From Octopus sinensis (lineage: Eukaryota), in the NCBI RefSeq assembly GCF_006345805.1, contig NC_042999.1, positions 90,830,001 through 90,894,000 of the forward strand: DNA of 64,000 nt. The letters run 5' to 3'. The first letter of the stretch is position 1. Each line of letters opens with the position of its first letter. The notes under the pieces were generated by a model. That model saw nothing but the letters and a program-made list of their open reading frames with translations. It did no database searches and was not told the DNA's origin. Position numbers and translations under genes: made by a program. This document shows, piece by piece, positions 26,431-39,822 of this stretch.

Positions 26431-26929
26431 CAAACCTGTTTGTATAATAATAATAATAATAATAATAATAATCATAATAATAATAATATTTTTTTTATTT
26501 CTTAATTAAAAGAATTTCTTATCGGTTTCAGCTCAGATCTGTGGCTATACTGAGGCACTGCCGTTTTGCTACATTTTTCTTATTGAGAGCCTTCGCTAAT
26601 ATGTGGTATTTGGTCAATAACGGACTTTGATGTTGCTACCCTCATTTGCACCTCCTGCCGCGATGTAGGTAGGTTCATCTGGGTCTCTCGACAGGAAGAG
26701 ATTCACTTTTGGTTTGAAAACATCTACGTCCACTTTATGTAGGTCCCTCAGGCTTCATCTTTCTTCTCTAGTCTACAATTTTCTCCAGTCCTTTGGAAAT
26801 AGGATAGTCTTCTCCCGTTGTGTGCTGCTATTATATGCGCAAGGTTAAGGCTCGTGGAAAAAAGTGGGATATTGTGTGCATTGGACATTCTATGGTATTT
26901 GCCAGACTTAGAAAAGTGTTTCCCTAATA

Positions 26930-27331
26930 GCATGTATGAGACGCGTGTGCGCCAAGTTTGTATCAAAACTGCTTTCAGGTAACCAGAAAGACACCCGGAC
27001 TTTAGTTGCACAAGATCTCATTCACTGCGTAAAGAACGATGAAAACATTTTGAAAATTTTGCGTAGGCTTCTGAGCAGGTATCGCCAATCTTTTGGCAAA
27101 ATGTGATGCAGATTCTTTGCTCAATTGTCTGTCATATTTATTGCGACGTTCACACGCTACACACCTTCCTACTAAGCACTGCTGTAAACAGCGGAACTCA
27201 GCTAGTACGTTGAAGCTTAGTGCGCATGCACAACAGTGTTCAAGGTCAATTTGCGCCGAGCGGCATTTCTCTGGGTGCTTTAGCTTTGTTACTATGCTAA
27301 CAATACTGATACTTATTGATCAGACCACGTA
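26930..27331 (-). mobile_element. Mariner remnant (5' TIR and N-terminus on minus; small inverted MRRVCAKFV fragment on plus)
   Basis: Minus strand begins tacgtggtctgatcaataagtatc (mariner-type TIR) and encodes RICITFCQKIGDTCSEAY. Confidence 0.6.
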
Positions 27332-27345
27332 AAAACCAAAACGTC

Positions 27346-27449
<104 letters not shown>

Positions 27450-27450
27450 T

Positions 27451-27648
27451 TGTCTCCTCAACATCGCTTGACAACCGATGCTGGTGTGTTTACGTCCTCG
27501 TAATTTAGTGGTTTGGCAAAAGAGGCCGATTAAATAAGTACTAAGCTTAAAAAGAATAAGTCCTGGGGTCGATTTTCTCGACTAGAGGCGGTGCTCCAGC
27601 ATGGCCGCAGTCAAATGGCTGAAACAAGTAACATAGAGTAAAAGAGAA
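27451..27648 (+). mobile_element. Octopus-type SINE 3' half
   Basis: catcgcttgacaaccgatgctggtgtgtttacgtc...gcggtgctccagcatggccgcagtcaaatggctgaaacaagtaa. Confidence 0.85.
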
Positions 27649-27989
27649 AAAGATATATACATGTACAAAACTTAGATATCTACTTATGTAAATTATAGTT
27701 TTGGAAAACACCTTAGAAGTCTGTATTGAAGCGCAGTCTATAAAAGGGGAAGCTGAGTGTAATTATCTTTGTAATTAGTAAATACTATCAACTGCGGAAG
27801 TATTTCAATGCTTAAAATTTATTTAAATACTTGAAAAAATACAAAATATAGTGTCATCTGTGCAGTTATAACACATACAAGCACATGCGTATAGATATAG
27901 ATCCTTAAATACATACATACAAACAAAAATACACACAGACACATCTACACGCACACACACACATATACATTCATGCACACATTGGTATG

Positions 27990-28052
<63 letters not shown>

Positions 28053-28951
28053 TATATATCCGTAATAATGAAGGGTGAAATTAATTAATTTGGAAAAATT
28101 ATCAATTACACCAAGTAGTCTTCGGCATGTAAAACTAAAAAAATGTATGATAGATTGCAGTCAATTCATTCTCTCTTACCTGTTTGTGTCTGCCTTCCAA
28201 ATGCTGTTTTTACTGAGATCTCCCTTTTTAGTAGAAGAAATAGCTATAACCCTTTGACTGCTATTTCTAAATTCGGTATGTGGTAAGGCAACTCGTTGCT
28301 AAACCCTTATTGCTTAGTATATATATATATATATATATACATTCACACACACGAACATACGCACACACACATACACACATATATGTACATAAGCATGTGC
28401 TTCAGTAGTTGTGTAGTAACTAGATCGAGATGGTATCAAGTATTTGACAAATGATATTTATGTTGGAATGTTTGCTTTTTCTTCATATTTGTTTTCGAGA
28501 GTATTGCAAAATTCTCGTCTGAATGTGTTTTTATAAATAAAGATATATTTATAAAACTGTGAATATAAAACCGACTAATGAAAATATGTTTGCTATAACA
28601 ATTTATTCTGAAAAATATTTATGGGTGTTTGCCATGTTTTTTTGAATGTTACTGTAGATCTCGGTTATACCTAGGTAAACTTTGCATATATATTTGGTAA
28701 TCGATTAGTTTTGCTCTACCCAATATAGGACTTCATATGATTTAAAACGATGTAGAGATTAATCTCTAATGTCTTTGTGGATATATGACGAGTATACTTT
28801 CTCCAATCAAGGTCGAACCGGACTTGAAACAATCTAAATCGATTCTATTTGTTTTTGTACTTGGTGTGCAAAAAAAAAAAAAAAACATATGATGTGGTCA
28901 ATTTACTTATTTTCCATAGTAAGCTTAAAAATGTACCTTTACATGTGTGTC

Positions 28952-29035
<84 letters not shown>

Positions 29036-29038
<3 letters not shown>

Positions 29039-30038
29039 TAGCAGTATCGCCCGGCGTTGCTCGGGTTTGTAAGGGAAATAACTATATAAGCATTTTTAGA
29101 GAGTTACTTCCCTTATAGATGCCAATTCGGGCTTTCTTAGCCATTTCTGTTTTGGTGTCTTCAAGCCATGAAGTCGTTATTCTAAAAGAACGCTGGTCTC
29201 CTTGACAACGCTTTACGACGTTGATTTCCTTACACTCCCTTCCCCACAGCTTCACGAGGGAGGGAAGAAGGGGGAGAAGCAAACAGGTGTAGCTGTGACC
29301 ATGGACGCCAACTCCGCCGCCATCGACATACGAAAAATTATGCATTAAAATGGAATAAAAAATTATGTTAAATTATTTTTAAAATCGTAGACTCATCGTA
29401 GACGCGCGCTAATACTCAGACGGGCTCGATATGAATCACGACTATAAGATACCCGAATTTGGTTAAACTGCACCGCAAAATGTGGGAGTAATTAGGAATC
29501 TAAATCGAAGGGGACAGACACTCACACAACTACAGTTTTATATATATACTAGCAGTATCGCCCGGCGTTGCTCGGGTTTGTAAGGGAAATAACTATATAA
29601 GCATTTTTAGAGAGTTACTTCCCTTATAAATTCGGGCTTTCTTAGACATTTTTGTTTTGGTGTCTTCAAGCCATGAAGTCGTTGTTCTAAAAGAACGCTG
29701 GTTTCCTTCACAACGCATTACGACGTTGATTTCTTTACACTCCCTTCCCCACAGCTTCACGAGGGAGGGAAGGGGGAAAAGCAAACAGGTGCAGACGTGA
29801 GCGTGGACGCCAACTCCGCCGCCATCGACACACGATGCATTTTATGCATTAAAATGGAATAAAAAATGATGTTAAATTATTTTTAAAATCGTAGACTCAT
29901 CGTTGACGCGCGCTAATAGTCAGACGGGCTCGATATGAATCACGACTATAAGATAACCGAATTTGGTTAAACTGCACCGCAAAATGTGGGAGGAGTTAGG
30001 AATCTAAATCGAAGGGGACAGACACTCACACAACTAGA

Positions 30039-30044
<6 letters not shown>
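29036..30044 (+). mobile_element. Two tandem copies (~511 and ~498 bp) of a non-autonomous Helitron/Helentron (HINE, Lep1-like) element
   Basis: Both start tactagcagtatcgcccggcgttgctcggg (5' hairpin) and end ggacagacactcacacaact..agttttatata; embedded in (TA)n; family assignment is by resemblance only. Confidence 0.7.
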
Positions 30045-30097
<53 letters not shown>

Positions 30098-30107
30098 CAT
30101 ATACATA

Positions 30108-30720
30108 CAGTGTGGGTGAAAAGTAAGTAGCCTTTAAAGATTGGTAATAAAATCCATATTCTTTTTATAAGTACCGGTGGCATCAACCAGGCTCCTAAAA
30201 TGGCTGGGGATGGAATGAACAACCTTCTGAAGGACGTTGTCTGGGATATTATTGAGAACCTTATGAATCCGTGTTTCCAAGTCCTCCAGTGTACGAGATT
30301 TTGTCTTGTACACCTCTTTTGTATAACTCCACAGGTAAAAATCACATGGGGTGAGAGCTAGACTTCTTGGAACTCTGGATTTCTGGACTTCTGCGGGCTC
30401 GTCTTCAAGTTTTAGCCCCTGCACGTAATAGGGTTTCCATAGACGAAAATTCAATTCGTTATGCAGCGCCGTACGTATTGTGTGTCTTGTTAGTCCACTT
30501 TCACCAGTTACTTGACGTGTTGATTTTTGTGGTCTGCGATTAAACATTTGTGGCACTTTTGCCACGTGCCTCGCTGATCGGGGTGTTGTTGGACGGCCAC
30601 TTCTTGCATTGCTCACAGAACCCATGGTCATCAGCTTTGCATAACAACTCTTTATTGTCTCCGGACGTAGAGTTGCATGCTTACCTTTCCATGCACGCCA
30701 CCGTCTCTGAACTTCATAGT
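30108..30720 (-). mobile_element. Tc1/mariner-superfamily transposase remnant with internal deletion of the catalytic core
   Basis: ORF 30134-30631: RSGRPTTPRS...QKSTRQ HTH linker fused directly to PRSLALTPCDFYLWSYTKEVYKTKSRTLEDL (WPPRSPDLTPCDFYLWG-type motif); tacagtg terminus. Confidence 0.8.
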
Positions 30721-31096
30721 GTGCTGTATGCTAGTCATCTGGAAAATAAGAAATAAGACAATAAGAAAATAAGAAAATCCCATTAGTGTTGTCTGTTTAA
30801 AAAATGCCTTTGTCGTGACTGCAGAATTTTATGTATAATGAGATTATCGTCAAATCGTAAAAATACATAAAAAACAAAAACATGAAAAAACTGGAACTGT
30901 GCTGGAATTTGGGTGAATAACATACATACACAGACATACACACACACAAACGTATACATGGATATATACTTATATAATGTACATACACACATATATGTAC
31001 ATGTATATATGTATGTGTGCATATATGCAAATTGGATGCTAGCATATATGCGTTTAAATAGTGTTCAAGGTGTATATATATATATATATATATGTA

Positions 31097-32650
31097 TTCT
31101 TTCTTTATTGCCCATAAAGGGCCAACATAGAGGCGGACAATACAACATGATATGGGGATCATGTATATCGAATGGGATTATAAAATTTTATATAAAAATG
31201 ATTATAAAACCGGATGAAACACAAATTACAAAACAAACAATAAAAGGACAATATGCGGTTAAAATAAAACAAGTGTGCTCCGACCCCACCCCGAGCCTTG
31301 TCTTTTTAACCGACACATTTTGGAAGTTCTTTTAACGTGTTCACGCAGGGCCTTTCACTCGTTTAGCCAGCGGAGATCACACCCTTTCACCATCCAGGTA
31401 GAGCCAGAGATGCCTCAACCTAAGTGCATGCTTGCACATGAGCATCCACGGCATCCCTAACCCACCGTTTAACGGCTTTTGACAGCAAATAGAACTTCTA
31501 CAAGTGGAGTGGACCCCTTCCACAAAAAGAGGAAGATACGCCTCACCAACTTGCTCAAACACGAATCTGGACAAGGAACGACGGTTAGGCGGTAAGTGAT
31601 GACCGATGCGATAAACACATTGGCCACATCCGCCCTCCCTTTCAAGGATAGCCACCGCCAAGACAAGGTCTTGACGGCGTGGACCACCCTGCTTGATACC
31701 CCAGACCAGTTCTTTTCTATCTGGAGACTGAACCAAACCAGATTCCTAGCAACTTGACTGGGCCCTCCGTCCAGCATCCCACGACGGTATTTGAAGGCAT
31801 TGACTTGCCCCTCCAGGTGCCGAGTTGCAAGCCGACCGATTTTTCCCAATTAATTTTTGCTCCTGACACCGTCTCGTAAACCTTCATTGTATCATTCACT
31901 TTCTGTAGGAGTTCCATCTTGGTCACGATGATAGTGATATCATACGCGTACGCTGTAACTGATCCACCACCTCCTGGATTCGTCGGGATGGCACTCAGCT
32001 TTCGCAGTAATGGCTCAAGGGCCATTACGTATAAAAGCAAGGAGAGCGGACACTCTTCACGAACAGACCGTTTGATGTAGAACGGCTTTGAAAGAAAGCC
32101 GTTCACCCGAACGATCGAGTCAATGTTATCGTAGAACTGTATGATCCACCTGAGAAAACAAAGACTCAGTCTAAACTGTGCGGGAACAGAAACCAGGTAA
32201 CGATGGTTCACACTATCGAAAGCTTTAGCTTGGTCTAAATGGACCAGTGCCCTACCTTTGCCAGGATTATTCCCATATCCTTCTACGGTGTAGCGTATAA
32301 GATGAAGATTATCCTGGATGGTTCTTCCGGGGACCGCACAGTTTTGTGCTTCCCCTATCAGGCCATCCGCAACACGCGTCAATCTTTTTGCTAACATCTT
32401 GGCCAAAATCTTCACCTCTGCATTCAGCAGAGTGATGGGCCTAAAATTATCTATTCTGTCCCCCTTGTCCGGGTCTTTCCTGAACATCGTAACCACTCCC
32501 CGGCGCACAGACCTGGGAATCCACCCATTCTGCTGACAGGTTCGCATAAACGCTGGCCAGTACGTGCCCGAACAAATCTGGCATACTTTTATACAGCTCG
32601 TAAGGTAAACCATTGAGTCCCGGCGCCTTACCACAACCGCCACAGTCAAT
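31097..32650 (-). mobile_element. Tx1/L1-clade LINE, 5'-truncated, RT domain with frameshifts
   Basis: ORF 31717-32673: NFRPITLLNAEVKILAK, LDQAKAFDSVNH, GFLSKPF..RSVREECPLS, AYAYDITI (YADD-like); 3' end gggcaataaagaaagaa. Confidence 0.9.
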
Positions 32651-33128
32651 AGTGTTGAAGGTATATATTTCAAAGCAAAACAAGTTTGATATATATATAT
32701 ATGTAGTTTTTCTCAATGGTCTGAAAACAGTAAAATATTCCAGTATGTAAATCCCAGAACCTAACTTTACAAATTTCACTTATGTTTATAGGTTGTCAAT
32801 AAATGAAAATTCTTGCAATTTTGTTTTTCATTTGTTTATTTGATTATTGATATATTTCATGGATTTAAATTTTTTCTCCTAGAAATCTGTCGAAGCGGAA
32901 TTTTATTGATTTGAATTTAAATGATATTTGAAATAAAAAAAAGTAACTGAAAAGTGTTAGTCTCCAAGTGCAAATATATGAAAATGTGAATCGCAAAGGT
33001 GATGTTTGCATGCCATATTCAGCTCTATCTTTCACTTGAATACTGCAATCTATCTCTCGCTTGTGTATGTATATATATATATATGTATGTATATATATAT
33101 ATGTATATATATATATTATATATATATA

Positions 33129-33189
<61 letters not shown>

Positions 33190-33190
<1 letters not shown>

Positions 33191-33395
33191 ACGGGAAGCT
33201 TTATGAAAATAAACAAAAGACGAAGGCAGGTGGAATACAAACAAACAATTGTATTAGTATGGCACTCAGGAATAGAAATAGAACAAGTCTTTTACGTTTC
33301 GAGCCTACGCTTTTCAACAGAAAGATACACAGAAAAGAAACACGGAGAGAAACAAGGAGAGAAAAAAAATGCGTGCAGAAGCTAGCGAATCAACA
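33190..33395 (-). mobile_element. Penelope-like terminal repeat with hammerhead-like motif (33288-33325)
   Basis: Minus: TCTTT-CTGTTGA-aaagcgtaggctc-GAAACGTA-AAAGA; inserted in (TA)n. Confidence 0.65.
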
Positions 33396-33477
33396 TGATG
33401 CATATATATATACATATATATATGTACATATATATATATATGTATATATACATACATAGATATATATATATACATAG

Positions 33478-33518
<41 letters not shown>

Positions 33519-33521
<3 letters not shown>

Positions 33522-34095
33522 GAAGTAAATATGTTCCGGGATATCAAAAAGGAGATCTCACGGAGAGTAAGGGCCGGATGGAAGGCGTTCAATGGCATAA
33601 GGGATATGCTCAAAGGAAGGTTGGACAGGACCACCCGCGCCAACCTCATTAACAGTGCAGTTCTGCCTGTAATGTTATATGGTAGTGAAACATGGGCTAC
33701 CACAAAGAGAGAAGAGCAAAGACTGGTAACGGCTCAAAGAGCCATGGAAAGGTCAATGCTTGGTATCTCGTTGAGAGAGCACATAAATAACAAGATCATC
33801 AGAAAGAAGTCCGGCGTGAGAGATGTCATCGCAGAGTATACTCGCAGCAAGTATAGATGGGCTGGACACGTCGCCCGGCTCACCGATAATCGGTGGACGC
33901 ACGCAGTTGTCGAGTGGTACCCGCGTGAGCGGAAAAGACCACCCGGAAGACCTCCACGACGGTGGAGTGACGATTTCAAGAGGACGATTGGGATCACGTG
34001 GATGAGAAAGGCGCGATCCAGAGAGGAGTGGACAGCGTGCTGTGACCAGCGGTGTCAAATGGACGCCTGACAGACTGGTCGGTCAGAGTGAGTGA
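33519..34095 (+). mobile_element. RTE-1-like LINE 3' end, uninterrupted 179-aa ORF
   Basis: [13 protein letters not shown]...VLPVMLYGSETW...AQRAMERSMLG...RWAGHVARLTDNRWT...WYPRERKRPPGRPPRRW; flanked by (TA)n on both sides. Confidence 0.92.
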
Positions 34096-34311
34096 TATAT
34101 ATACAATACATATACATATATATATATAAACATACATATATATACATACATACACACACACATATATATATACATATATGCATATATATATGCATATATA
34201 TATATATATGCACACACAGACACACACATATATATATATACATACATATATATATCCACATATATATATATACATACATATATATATATATATATACACA
34301 TATACATATTT

Positions 34312-34371
<60 letters not shown>

Positions 34372-34770
34372 ATTCAATCAAATAATTACACACACACACA
34401 TATGTATATATACCCTTATTATTTTGAAGAACACTTTTAATTCTTATTATTTACTGCCGATTGTAGCTGCGCTTGCACGGTGGATATGAAAAATAATGTA
34501 TACGAATGGAACACGTTTGTCTTCATTATTCTATAAATATTTATCATTTTAGCGCCCTTACTGATGATGCACGGATGGCAAATTATATTATTTGCACATT
34601 GATGTTAAAACTCGCGTATAAGGTTAACTTTTGAAATGTTTTTATTTTTCATTTCCTTTGAAATTACTCTTATTCGTGGTTTGGGCTTTAACTGCCCTTT
34701 CCTGCATGTAAGGTGTTCTGTTAAGGTCACCTCTTTTGTGTATAAAAACGTTCACTAATTTATATGAGAA

Positions 34771-34807
<37 letters not shown>

Positions 34808-35230
34808 CGTGTGTGTGTGTGCGCGTTTGTGTGTGAACCCGTGTATGTGTATCTATCTATTTAAATAACGTCGACTGTATCAAATTTCAAAGCAAACCAG
34901 AAGATATAATTATTTATAGTAAAATATTCCAATATGTAAATCGTATTTTCGAATAGTATCACCTCCGGTTATGTTTACAAACGACCAATAAATCGTTTGT
35001 TTATTTGATTATTGTATTTTCTCAGGGAAATTTTCGCAGAAAACATTCGCTGTAAAATTTAATTGATTTGAATGTAAAATAATTTGAAATTTTAAATGGG
35101 CGAAAATTATTTGTTGCCCGGTGTAAAAAGCAGGAAAATCGACGTAAATACTATAGAAAAGTTCATTATAATCACATACAGCACTGTTCTATTACACTTT
35201 ATACCCAATCGGCTTCTCATTCTCCATTTA

Positions 35231-35323
<93 letters not shown>

Positions 35324-35837
35324 GTCCACCTGTCTGTCTGTCCATATGTGTGTGTATGAATGGAAGTCATACACATGAAAAATGCTCTTTATAATCTAGT
35401 AAAATGGTTCTGCGCAATTGAATCTGAGGACATTTGTGACATACCACTTGGAGAACTTAAGTATGCACACATTGGACAGCAATTGCCACCATTTTAAATT
35501 GATAATGGAATACAATGTGGCAAGAAAATTAATATCCAAGCAGTAAAAGAAACAAAGCAAAGAAATTTGAAGGACTGAGAAGTCTTACCTCACCCTCCAG
35601 TCCTAAATCAAGGAAACCTACAACATAGTTCAAAATATTCCAACACTGAAAAAGGTTTTCAGGACAAACCGTCATAAAAAGCAACAAACAAGCCAAACCA
35701 ATGAAAAGTATATTAATAAGGCTAACTTCCGATCAACAATAGCGGAACCATCATTTAAAAATGTAGCATTTCCAACTACGATGTATGTTTAAATCTGCCA
35801 GTAGTATCGCAGAATCCGTTTAAAGCTCTTTAGTCGT

Positions 35838-35873
<36 letters not shown>

Positions 35874-35899
35874 TCATATATTTCCATGCACACACACAT

Positions 35900-35963
<64 letters not shown>

Positions 35964-36361
35964 CACGCAAATATAACCAAATTCAGGGAACAAAACGGAT
36001 AAAATGAACGGTTAAATTAAGTGAAGGTTATTATTCTCGGCTAAGATGAGAATCTTCCTTTGAGTAATTATCAGCTAGTTAAGAAACACATGTAGCCTGA
36101 AGTTTACCTGTTCTACTCCCAGAATTTGGATTTTTGTCAGCATTTGTAGCAACTGTAGTTGCTTACGTTGAGTTATACAGAAACTATCAGCTTAACAAAT
36201 TTCCTCGGGAAAAAATGTGTAACATTCGATACCAATTTCCCCGGGAAAAATGTGTAACATTCAATGCCAATGAATTGTTATTCCTACTTTTTGCTTTCTA
36301 TACCAGTCACGTACATATGTATGTATACACCTGTGTATCTGAAAATATCTAACGTATCTTT

Positions 36362-36562
36362 CTAATCTTGACACAAAGCCAGCAATTTTGATGGGAGCGT
36401 AAGTCGATTATATCGACCTCAATACATGACTGAAACTTGTTTTATCGACTCCTCGAAGGACAAAAGGCAAAGACGGCCTCGGCGGAATTTGAACTCAGAG
36501 CGTAATGAATGGAAGAAATGCTGCTAAACATTTTATCGGACATGTTAACGATTCTGCTAGCT
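36362..36562 (-). mobile_element. Octopus-type SINE
   Basis: aaggcaaagacggcctcggcggaatttgaactcagagcg...ttaacgattctgctagc. Confidence 0.65.
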
Positions 36563-37199
36563 TTCACCCTTTATCTGACAATGTAATGTCTACAATAACA
36601 GCGCTCAGAATGATGTGAAAGCAATACGGGGCCAAAAGGTATATTTAACACGACGTATGGTTCTGCAAAGATTACAAATTTGAATACCATAAAATAGACG
36701 AATAAAACTCAGTGATAAAGTACACAAATGTACGCTAAGAAACAACCAAATTTTAGATTCTATGATATTCCTCTTTCGAATATCATAGTAGTGATGTTGG
36801 ATAATAGTGACAGTAGTATAAGCTTCATCTTTTGGGAGACCTCTGCGGGTAATGTATTTATAATAGTTATATTTCTGAAGTAATTATTAGGTGGTGTATT
36901 CTAAACGCAATCATAATTTGCATTGTTTCTTTCTAGACTTGCAAAGTCATTGACTTCCCGGATGAGAGTACTAAAAAATATATTAGAAGGAGAGTTAAAA
37001 TAATATTAATATCTGTTACCTTATTTTTGGCCTTCAGCTCTTTCCTAATTATTAATTAATATAGTTGAATATAATGTTCCTTCCTAAACTTTTCTTTCAT
37101 TTGAATATGTTGATCATTAGGTTGTTAGTCTAATTCTATTGTTATATTAAAATATATTTTTATATTTATTAATTATTATATATATATATATATTTTTAT

Positions 37200-37560
37200 C
37201 TTATACTTTTTCCAGTCTTTGGAATGCGGGCATAAAGGATTTTAGTTGAACGAAACGAATCCTGTATTTACGAGATCTTTTTGTAGTCTAGTACTTATTT
37301 ATTCAGAGATTTTTGCCGAGCCATTAAGTTACGGGAACATAAACAAACCAGCACCAGTTGTCAAGTGGTGCTGGTGGTAAGGATGTGACAAACATAGACA
37401 CAAAGACACGAACACAAATATACACAACGGATTTTTACCTAGTTTCTGTTTACCATATTCACTCATAAAGCATTGGTCAACATGGGGCTATAAGCTACAG
37501 TAAAAGACAGTTGACCCGTGATGCTGCACATAAGGACTGAATCCGAAACCACGTTTTAGA
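37200..37560 (-). mobile_element. Degenerate octopus-type SINE
   Basis: ttttgccgagccattaagttacggg...accagttgtcaag...ctcataaagcattggtc...gactgaatccgaaacc. Confidence 0.55.
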
Positions 37561-38690
37561 TTCTTTTACAGCGGTCACTTTGAAGTCATCTGTATACAAA
37601 AGATGTTTGCTTGACCTCGTTCAGCATTTGAATCAAGCCGAGTGTGGCATAAACTGTTGGTTAAACAGAAGAGCCAAAAGCGAGATACCTCTTTCAACAT
37701 CGCACTTGCAATAGAGATACACATGGGGTTGACGCCAGAAACTGACCGATTAGTAAAATCATGTGATCCGAATTGAGGTAGGGGTGATGGGGAAAGTTCG
37801 ATTTACAGAAATAGAAAGCGCCAGTACCACTACCTTGCCTGCTTACATTCACGCATCTATGTGTATATAGGCAGGCAGACAGTATGTATACACATCGGCA
37901 CATCTACGGAAATACACACACACACACCAACTGCGTGCACGCTCACAATATGTGCCCACTCTATCGCACATAGATACATACACAAACATTCACGTGCACC
38001 TAGGTGCACGTACTCCTGAAGTAGCGGCATACACACATGCGCACACACACATGCACTCACACACACACACACACGCCAACTGTGCGCACGTACAATATAT
38101 GCAAGCACGCATTCGCATTACCTCTCTTAGATAAATGTTTATGATCACTATATTTTCTTTTAATGATAAAGATCTCTATTTTCTTCCTGCTTTCTTCCCT
38201 TCGTCATCTTTTTCTTGTTACTCCTTATCTATACATGCCTTCCACTCCCACATATTTCGATCTATCCTTCCCTTGACATACTTCTTGACTTTTGCTTGTT
38301 TTTTTAGAATTTTTATTATTATTTTGTACTACTATTCCTCTATTCAGTTCATTTCCCCGCTGCAACAACGTAACCTTTAATTAAGGTAATCTCAGCCTAA
38401 TCATTAGTTACGATGAGCACTTTTCTTTGCAGAACTATAACATTAGAGATTCATCTAAGAAACATATGTAGCGTGTCTTCGTCTTTTGTTTTCTGTAAAT
38501 TTGAACTATATATGTATACATACAACGAGATTTTTCAGTTTCCGTCTACAAAAAGGCTTTGGCTGTCCGGGGGCTTTAAGAAAAGACACTTGTCTAAGTT
38601 GCCACACAGGGAAACTGAAGCTGGGATAATGTGGTTGGGAAACAAACTTTTTATCACACAGCTACTTCTGCTTCTATAAAACTAAGGATA

Positions 38691-38761
38691 CACAACGACC
38701 GGGAATCGAACTCGGGCTCAGCACGTAGTAGGTGAATATTCTGCTACAGAACCACCGATGC
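38691..38761 (-). pseudogene. tRNA-Gly(GCC)-derived pseudogene
   Basis: 71-nt minus-strand GCATCGGTGGTTCTGTAGCAGAATATTCACCTACTACGTGCTGAGCCCGAGTTCGATTCCCGGTCGTTGTG is collinear with eukaryotic tRNA-Gly-GCC; anticodon decayed to ACT and stems disrupted. Confidence 0.8.
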
Positions 38762-39644
38762 AATAGGAAATGTTTTTGAAATTCCACCTTTTTAAAAATC
38801 TTAAGTGTTTGCCATTTATTCATAATGAGTTTAATTTATCTGTACATTATTGGTGCTACCTTAGATATGGTTGGATTTACCAGTACATTTCCTGGTTCTT
38901 AGCTGTGCATCACAAGGTCAAAAACGTAGTCAATAAATTTTATACTAACGCTCTCGATTCTCCAGTCTTCGTTTATGACTTTATTTATCAGTAATTGATC
39001 TTTGCGATGATGTATGCCTTTGTAACATAATTTCCGTTCTTCTAGAAGTGAGGTTCCTTCCCACCCCATTAATGGTAATGTAACCTCTGATTTATTACTG
39101 TTAAGGCTTTCTAAGCAGTAGACAAGCAGTTTATGAGCTAGGTACTTCTTTACGTTTAATGAGCCATTCACGTACCGTTTCCAACCTCATCACTATAATT
39201 TTTTCAGTAGCTCTATTTTTATTGCACGTTTTCACTACTCAACCGAGTGCAGGCATGTGCGCTTAGGACGGATAAAATGTTTAATTTTGTTCTTTTCTAT
39301 TGTACTGAAAATTGTTTCTGTGAGTATTTATCTATATAGTATTGGCAGAAACATTACAATATCCTAGAACATATCTGGTGGCAGTTAGTTACGTCTTTTT
39401 ACATTCTAAGTTCACATACGACTGACATGATTGCTTTTTAAATTTCCGAAGTCTCTTAAACAATTCAACAATTACCAGTTAAGCACGGAGGAAGAGTTGA
39501 TGATAATGATGATGATAATGGTTCTGATAATAATCATCGTCATCAAACAATATATACATATATACATGCACATACGTAAATACTCACATAATGTAGTAAT
39601 TCATAAAATCACAAGGACCACCACTTAACAATTTTAAAATATTT

Positions 39645-39822
39645 ACTTAAATACTTTTTCGTAATACGGTGTCAAAATTTTCGTCGCTCGAAACTGCGAT
39701 CAGTTCATCAACAGAAAATTCTTCCTGCATCACAAGAGATGCGGCAGAATTTTTTTTCAGTGAACAGGTTGTAGTTTCGAGCGAAGAAAACTTTTACATC
39801 TCATTAGAAAAAATGCTTAAGT
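39645..39822. mobile_element. Small MITE-like element with ~60-bp degenerate inverted arms
   Basis: acttaa...aaaattttcgtcgctcgaaactgc / gtagtttcgagcgaagaaaactttt...ttaagt. Confidence 0.55.

Noticed and set aside
38691-38761. Functional tRNA gene
   Set aside because: Acceptor, D and anticodon stems are disrupted and the anticodon is altered; reported as a pseudogene
38899-39171. 90-aa minus ORF in unique DNA
   Set aside because: No recognisable motif and uncertain splice sites
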